Positions 58,411-64,000 of a stretch of DNA of 64,000 bases are shown piece by piece; positions within the stretch are counted from its first letter, which is position 1, and each line of letters begins with the position of its first letter. Under the pieces are notes generated by a model. The model worked only from the letters and a program-made list of their open reading frames with translations. It searched no databases and had not been told where the DNA came from. Location: the IMG/VR virus record IMGVR_UViG_3300042945_003044; one strand, given 5' to 3'. Both the position numbers and the translations under genes were made by a program. This stretch comes from a virus.

Positions 58411-60549
58411 ATGGCTACACTTCAATTTCAACAAGATATATGGAACTTTTGTGATCTAGAGAGCTGTTTGGAAACATATACTCTCCCTATTATATGCACA
58501 GAGCTGGCTACTAATCAATACTATACGCTAAGCTATGAGGTTGTTGCTGTACAATATTTTGATAATGTCATAGGAGAGATACGTTTTCCAGAAGACGATA
58601 ATAGATTCTTTAGCGCCTCGTCACAAAGTATTAGGCGCGAACCCTCCGTGCTTTTAATAGGTGTAAAAACAGCTATTATTAAAGCTTATCTAAAAAACGA
58701 TTCTGGACAAGCGTTAGCTCATAATACCACTTTGGTACGATGCACAAAATGTCATGACAAATATAGGTCAGATTTTAGTGTTAAATTAATATTAGACGAT
58801 ATCAATAAGTCGGGAGATAAGCTGCTACCAAACTGTGATCTCCCAATCAATCTTGTAGCGGTTGCAGAAAATTTAGTACCTGGCCGCAAATACAGATATT
58901 CTTTTAGTTCTGCGCCTAGTACTGGTGTTCATTTTTCAAACGCTTCGGGTGAACTATTCGCTAGTAGTGAAACTGAGCAAAATTTTAACACATTAGTATC
59001 CATAATTTCAGCCAATACGTCTCCTGTGTTTTATATTAGTTTTAATTTAACAGATTTATCCACCAACGTGTCTAAAAGAACGCCTCTATATGTATTTAGC
59101 TGTGGTAATACTTGTGGAGTTTTGCCAGAATCAATAGATATCAATTTAGATACAGAGACTGTAGATAATGCTTTATCAAGCTCTAGAGTATTTACTATAT
59201 CATTCAAAGATATACAAAATAGTAACGATATAGATCTTTCGGATGCGGCATTAACAATATCTAATGTCAGATACAACGGAGTATTGCAACAAAATCGTTT
59301 ATTGAATATTCAAAAAATCAACAAATCTTCTGTTGGTATTAATCTATTAGATAATTCACCTATCCTAAGTCATAATCATAATATTACTTTTTACCTAAAA
59401 GTTATTAAACCGGGCTTCATGCATACTGGACAAAATCTTGTATTAGCAGACAAATCCAATAGAACCATCGAAATAAACCTATTAAACAATAGCGGTATGC
59501 CCACATCTGTGTCACACGCAACAGTTACGACTACCACTAACAATATTGGAGAAATTACTAATTCAGTCGTACTAACTTGCGAGCCCACACAACTAAAACC
59601 GGAAACATGTGATATTATCGTACCAAGTGGAACTGTGTTGAGATCAAAAACTGGTACGGTTTTGAACGGAGATATAACTTTTAGAGCTATTCACTTCGGA
59701 GTATCTGATGAAAAGGCTTTAAAAATATTTCCTGGCGGATTCAATGTGTCTAATTATTTAGATAATAATTATAACTTGGTATCAGATAATGCGGTATTTT
59801 ATACTTATGCCCTTTTCTCTATAGAAGCCACGGATCAATTCGGTAATGTCGCTTATACTATGTCTAAGTCAGCTACCGTAACACTAGAGCTCAATAGTCA
59901 AATACAATCAAATACTATTCCGCTATGGTCTATGGACACAGATATTGGTATATGGACACAAGAAAATCCAGTAACTTATGATAATGGTTTAGTAGATATG
60001 CCTATTAACAGATTATCTGTGTGGAATTTAGGCATTAAATCAACAGATGTATGCACCACACTATCTTTACCATTTCCGTCCACAGTCTTAACTAATTATT
60101 TAGAAGAGATAGACGAGACTGGTCTATATATTAAGAAAACCCCTTTCTTAGCTGGAGATGGTAGTGGGGTTAATATAATAAAAAGTAATCCAGGACAAAG
60201 ATCTATAAATATCGTTCGATTTGCTAAAAAATATGGAAATCTAACTAATTCTAGCACATTCTCTTTTTATCTAACAAGAGAAAATGCAATCGCAAATACT
60301 AATAGCATAGGATCCATAAGTTATACAAATTATACTTCCGGTACTACCAAGTGCGAATGCGGAACCATGGATTGCACAGATAATACCGTAACTCCTACTC
60401 CAACACCGACAATAACAGTCACTAGTAGTATTACGCCCACGATAACCAGAACCTCTACCCCCACTCCTACTAGTACTAGTACATCTACCCCGACTCCAAC
60501 ACCAACAATGACACAAACACCACTGCCTCTTGGGGTGTCATCTAACTAA
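58411..60549 (+). CDS. Two Cys modules + ZU5/FAM171/CILP-like domain + C-terminal PT tail
   Basis: NLVPGRKYRYSF...QNFNTLV; FPGGF...PLWSMD...G.W..E...LSVWN. Confidence 0.65.
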   Translation: MATLQFQQDIWNFCDLESCLETYTLPIICTELATNQYYTLSYEVVAVQYFDNVIGEIRFPEDDNRFFSASSQSIRREPSVLLIGVKTAIIKAYLKNDSGQALAHNTTLVRCTKCHDKYRSDFSVKLILDDINKSGDKLLPNCDLPINLVAVAENLVPGRKYRYSFSSAPSTGVHFSNASGELFASSETEQNFNTLVSIISANTSPVFYISFNLTDLSTNVSKRTPLYVFSCGNTCGVLPESIDINLDTETVDNALSSSRVFTISFKDIQNSNDIDLSDAALTISNVRYNGVLQQNRLLNIQKINKSSVGINLLDNSPILSHNHNITFYLKVIKPGFMHTGQNLVLADKSNRTIEINLLNNSGMPTSVSHATVTTTTNNIGEITNSVVLTCEPTQLKPETCDIIVPSGTVLRSKTGTVLNGDITFRAIHFGVSDEKALKIFPGGFNVSNYLDNNYNLVSDNAVFYTYALFSIEATDQFGNVAYTMSKSATVTLELNSQIQSNTIPLWSMDTDIGIWTQENPVTYDNGLVDMPINRLSVWNLGIKSTDVCTTLSLPFPSTVLTNYLEEIDETGLYIKKTPFLAGDGSGVNIIKSNPGQRSINIVRFAKKYGNLTNSSTFSFYLTRENAIANTNSIGSISYTNYTSGTTKCECGTMDCTDNTVTPTPTPTITVTSSITPTITRTSTPTPTSTSTSTPTPTPTMTQTPLPLGVSSN

Positions 60550-60569
60550 GATAATATAGGAAATTTAAT

Positions 60570-61097
60570 ATGTCTCAAAAAAATTACATGTTACTTAAAG
60601 CTATTTTAACAGATGGTAACTATACATCTGAGGATTTAATGATGGTAGAGTGCCTAGAAAACCCTGCCACTCCTGGACCTACGCCTTCTGTGTCGAGATC
60701 TCCAACCCCGACCCCTACTCTTACTCCTAATATGACGCCTAACCCCACTCCAACAGTAACTCCCTCTATGCAAGTGGATCCAGAGATAGTGCTCAATCTT
60801 GCAAATAATTGGACATATAGATACAACAATCTACTAATTATTAGAGTTATCCCTGCTAATTCATCATCTAATATATCCGTATTGGTACCCGTTTTACCTT
60901 CTGCTTTACTTCCTCAGCCCGGCCAGCCTGCGCCAATACCATCTTCTGCTAGCCTCTTTGTTGGAGGAAATAAAGTTGGAGATTTATCTTTTATCGGGCC
61001 GTACTTTGGTAAAAGTATTAAATTAACACTAAATGGTTCACAATATATTGGCACAATAAATATAGGTCAAATTATTTTAACTAATACCGGTGTATAA
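60570..61097 (+). CDS. Protein with partial Cys module, PT linker and small beta domain
   Basis: Begins MLLKAILTD....EDLMMVEC, followed by a PT tract. Confidence 0.7.
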   Translation: MSQKNYMLLKAILTDGNYTSEDLMMVECLENPATPGPTPSVSRSPTPTPTLTPNMTPNPTPTVTPSMQVDPEIVLNLANNWTYRYNNLLIIRVIPANSSSNISVLVPVLPSALLPQPGQPAPIPSSASLFVGGNKVGDLSFIGPYFGKSIKLTLNGSQYIGTINIGQIILTNTGV

Positions 61098-61100
61098 CTA
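61089..61100 (+). promoter_or_regulatory. GGTGTA-W-rich putative late promoter element
   Basis: GGTGTATAACTA overlaps the stop of 60570 and lies 55 nt before ATG 61144. Confidence 0.5.
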
Positions 61101-61143
61101 AATATATCGCATAGATACAAAGAGTAATAATAAGAGGCAAAAC

Positions 61144-62235
61144 ATGTTGATTACTAATGAGTTTATAATAGAAAGATATTTAGGTAGTGAACCTTTGCCA
61201 CTATTATCAGCTCCCGCTGGATTAGAACCTAGTTTATTATTACAATATAATAATTTTATTAGCAACATATATACAATATATGGTAGTCAAGAAGAGAATG
61301 GTATAATTCCAGTTTTTTTTAAAAATATAGACGGATCTCCTGGTTCCAGTAGTAGTTTAACCGAGCTTAAAAGCGGACAAGAGTACTATTTTATTTCTAA
61401 AAATTCCGCATCTTTTCCATATGTTATTCCAGCTATCGGCGGCACCATTTCTAATCCTTTGCCACCAGAAAAATGTGCCACATTATCTCCATGCTGTCCA
61501 ACCGTTTCGTTCCCTAATAATTCTGTTTCTTTATCTGGTTCTGGAAATATCTATGCGGATATATCAGCTAATACAAGTGGGTTAATCCCCGGTAGACAAT
61601 ATTCATACTCTTATAGTTCATTAGCCTCCAATTGGCCCAGCACAATCACTCCGTTATCTGGAACATTTATTCCATCGACTTCTGGAGATTCTATAACTAA
61701 TATATTTAATTTTGCTCCAACTACTGGTAATTACTCTGGCTATTTTCCTTATAAGTTGGATATCTATCCAGATAAAGATTTTAGTCAAAAAAATATATAT
61801 TCTATATTAGAATTAAGGGTAACAGGTCCAGATAATCTGGGCTGTCCGGTTATGTCGGATACTATTATGGTAAAATGCAATCAATGCATACCTCCAAAAT
61901 GCGCAGTTAAAAAACCAAAACCAGTTTTTGTTGGAGGTCCCAAGCTGTCTGTTGGGGGCAACTGCTGTGCAGTAGGTGTGCCATTAGCGGTGAATATTTC
62001 CGGAGCAGAGCCTGGGAGATCCTATAATTTTGGTTTTGAGAGTTGGCCATCGGATATCAGTGTATCGCCAGCTAGTGGAATTTCTGGATTTGGAGACGGT
62101 AATGGTAAGATAGCGTGTTTAGTAGATATGGCGGGACAAACAAAAGCTATAGTAAAGTGCGTTATAGAAGATCCAGAATCGAATGAGCATCTTGTGGACT
62201 TTATTTCTATACAGTGCTCCTACAATTGTCCGTAA
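61144..62235 (+). CDS. N-terminal small domain + two Cys-bounded modules
   Basis: LTELKSGQEYYFIS domain; GLIPGRQYSY...VKCNQC; CCAVG...GAEPGRSY.F...IQCSYNC. Confidence 0.75.
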   Translation: MLITNEFIIERYLGSEPLPLLSAPAGLEPSLLLQYNNFISNIYTIYGSQEENGIIPVFFKNIDGSPGSSSSLTELKSGQEYYFISKNSASFPYVIPAIGGTISNPLPPEKCATLSPCCPTVSFPNNSVSLSGSGNIYADISANTSGLIPGRQYSYSYSSLASNWPSTITPLSGTFIPSTSGDSITNIFNFAPTTGNYSGYFPYKLDIYPDKDFSQKNIYSILELRVTGPDNLGCPVMSDTIMVKCNQCIPPKCAVKKPKPVFVGGPKLSVGGNCCAVGVPLAVNISGAEPGRSYNFGFESWPSDISVSPASGISGFGDGNGKIACLVDMAGQTKAIVKCVIEDPESNEHLVDFISIQCSYNCP

Positions 62236-62316
62236 TTATTCTGTATAATAAAAATCGCGCTCTTTAAGTTTAGCTATAAATAGCCGATTTACGCTTAAAA
62301 ATAAATATCTATAATA

Positions 62317-62328
62317 GGTGTATTATCT
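62317..62328 (+). promoter_or_regulatory. GGTGTA-W-rich putative late promoter element
   Basis: GGTGTATTATCT, 52 nt before ATG 62369. Confidence 0.55.
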
Positions 62329-62368
62329 TATTAGATACCTTACACGAATCCATAGGAACTTAGTTTTT

Positions 62369-63013
62369 ATGTCAACTACCGAACCTGGGTCAGAACTTAT
62401 TTCTCAACCCACTCCAACTCCAACAATTACTCCAACGGCTACTAATAAGCCGTGTATCAAGCCACCCAGAATATCATTTGATAATGGTAGTAAAACATCA
62501 TTGACTGGAACAGAATGCTGCTGCCCGGACAGCATCATATTGAAGTGCGAGCATCTTCATCCTGGGAAAAAATATACAGCTAAAATCGTTAGCATGGGTC
62601 CAGCAAAATCTAGAATATTTCCCAATTCCATATCCTTTGTAGCCTCACAAAGAACTCAGGAGTTAGAGTTTTTTAGTCAATTTGTATGCGATGATAATAA
62701 CATCAGACCTCTTAAAAATGCTGCATATATTTTACAAATTAATAATGCTAATAATTTAGATATGTCAAGACTCGATATCGGATTATTAGATGTTAAGTAT
62801 GGAAATACCACTATCGGCAGTAATAAATATAATTTATTTATAGATACAAATAGTCGTAAGATATTTGTGGAATTTGATAATGCTTTAATTCCGTCATCCA
62901 CAAACCCTATTACTTTTATGCTTTCTATAGATGGAGATGGTATTGTTGTATTGCCTAGAAATATTATTTTGGACACTGTTGGTATAGTACAAGAGTCTAT
63001 TGCTTTGTCTTAA
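62369..63013 (+). CDS. PT tract + truncated Cys module + domain shared with 58411 (start reassigned from GTG 62318)
   Basis: ATG 62369 follows AGGA; CCC...HLHPGKKY; INNANNLDMS..DVKY..ITF.L resembles IQNSNDIDLS..NVRY..ITF.L of 58411. Confidence 0.7.
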   Translation: MSTTEPGSELISQPTPTPTITPTATNKPCIKPPRISFDNGSKTSLTGTECCCPDSIILKCEHLHPGKKYTAKIVSMGPAKSRIFPNSISFVASQRTQELEFFSQFVCDDNNIRPLKNAAYILQINNANNLDMSRLDIGLLDVKYGNTTIGSNKYNLFIDTNSRKIFVEFDNALIPSSTNPITFMLSIDGDGIVVLPRNIILDTVGIVQESIALS

Positions 63014-63115
63014 CTATATCATATAATGATTAATAAAAAAAGAATATGATACTACAGGAGTATCTTTAATTATATATAATTTGTAATATTGCAAATAATA
63101 TAACAGGATAATAAT

Positions 63116-64000
63116 ATGCCGCCATTCTTCCCTCCTCCGCCCAATCCACCAGGAACATCGACTAAATCTTCTGTTGCTATACTATATAACGGCTCGGGAC
63201 TACACAGTATAGTGGGACCAACGCCTTTTATGTCTATAGATAGAACTATTAATAGGGACAATGCTGGTGTGCCAACTAGCATGATTACTTCTATCAATCT
63301 CGATGGGAAAATCGTTAAAACCACAGGGTCTCAGTCTGGTATATCGGCTGTTTATAAAGCCATAAATGATCTTAAAGATCTTTTTACTAAATGCGAGCAA
63401 GGGGTTTTGGAGGTCCAGTGCAATGGTACGAACCTAGCTGAGTTTTCAGGGGTTAGAGTTTCAAATTTTAAGGCAGATAAATCAAGCGACAATTGGGTAT
63501 TTACAGCAGATTATTCTATAGGCTTAGAAATAGTAGAATCTGCTATTAGCGGAGAGCCACCGGTATCGAACACTTCTGATAGTTGGTCTATAGAGCCTAT
63601 AGAGGATTATATCTATATGACCTGGGATTCCGGAGTACAAAAGAAGCCAGAAGGATCCGAAAATACTAGGATAGGCTCTTTAGGCGGTAGTAATTTTAAA
63701 TTTACTAATATGCCCCAGTATAGAGTTTCGCATAGGGTGTCCGCTGCTGGCCTACAATCGTCTGGTAATTCTTCAAGCAGCACTCCTGGTAACAATAATA
63801 CTTCTTGTCCTGCTGGTAAAGCAGGTGAGATGAGTAAGGCCTATTTGAATGCTAAAAAGTGGGTGGAACAAAGACTGGCCTGGCCTTTTCAAGGTAGCGG
63901 GGCCTATATTGCTGGCGGAGGCGCTGGTGGCGGGTCTACTACATTACCTTTTGGTTCTTCGATATCTCTCTTCAACCATGTTAGATCTATTAATTTTAGT
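63116..64000 (+). CDS. Putative distal tail/baseplate hub protein, 3' truncated, not in the ORF track
   Basis: ATG 63116 follows AGGA; 295 codons open to the window end (MPPFFPPPP...GPTPFMSI...LDGKI...DNWVFTADYSIGLE...DSWSIEP). Confidence 0.6.
   Translation, partial: MPPFFPPPPNPPGTSTKSSVAILYNGSGLHSIVGPTPFMSIDRTINRDNAGVPTSMITSINLDGKIVKTTGSQSGISAVYKAINDLKDLFTKCEQGVLEVQCNGTNLAEFSGVRVSNFKADKSSDNWVFTADYSIGLEIVESAISGEPPVSNTSDSWSIEPIEDYIYMTWDSGVQKKPEGSENTRIGSLGGSNFKFTNMPQYRVSHRVSAAGLQSSGNSSSSTPGNNNTSCPAGKAGEMSKAYLNAKKWVEQRLAWPFQGSGAYIAGGGAGGGSTTLPFGSSISLFNHVRSINFS

Larger units (their letters stand above)
1..64000 (+). mobile_element. Structural (late) gene region of a large tailed dsDNA bacteriophage, probably siphovirus morphotype
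   Basis: About 43 genes, all on the + strand, many coupled by ATGA/TAATG overlaps. Neck-tube-chaperone-tape measure order, many fibre-type proteins, no cellular housekeeping genes. Confidence 0.95.

Noticed and set aside
62250-62300. T4-type late promoter TATAAATA (62275-62282) within an imperfect hairpin
   Set aside because: Single intergenic instance in AT-rich DNA; the stem is short with no U-tract; GGTGTA is the recurrent motif.
1-64000. Stop-codon reassignment as in some jumbo phages
   Set aside because: Very long ORFs and near-complete coding density under code 11; TAA, TAG and TGA all end genes at tight junctions.

Overview
The whole window is a co-oriented (+ strand), densely packed, AT-rich virion morphogenesis region of a large (probably jumbo) tailed dsDNA phage, read in the standard genetic code. 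Layout: (1) 1-26.6 kb, tail-fibre/decoration genes (Mtd-N-type anchors, FN3/PKD/DUF285/propeller/trypsin mosaic, Gly-rich tip, a 2969-aa LamG-like repeat giant, two Pro-poor collagens flanking a 2OG-Fe(II) oxygenase, LamG tips, fibre chaperones). (2) 26.6-28.9 kb, a two-gene glycan-modification pair behind a sigma70-like promoter. (3) 28.9-48.3 kb, a siphovirus-style neck, tail-completion, tube, two paralogous chaperones and a 3702-aa tape measure protein; no sheath gene is seen. (4) 48.3-63.0 kb, a ten-gene cluster in which nine genes carry a repeated, unrecognised ~100-aa Cys-bounded beta-sandwich module, mostly joined by Pro/Thr linkers. (5) A truncated distal-tail-like gene. Most notable observations: the Cys-module/PT-linker cluster, four-deep nested domain insertion in the giant fibre, a circularly permuted FGE-sulfatase-like domain inserted into a Cys module, a tape measure protein divided by GG motifs into cargo segments (including an apparently permuted HAD), and a recurrent GGTGTA-W-rich late-promoter-like motif. 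No tRNA, rRNA, CRISPR array, integrase or reverse transcriptase was seen. All family assignments come from motif recognition by eye; no database searches were run.
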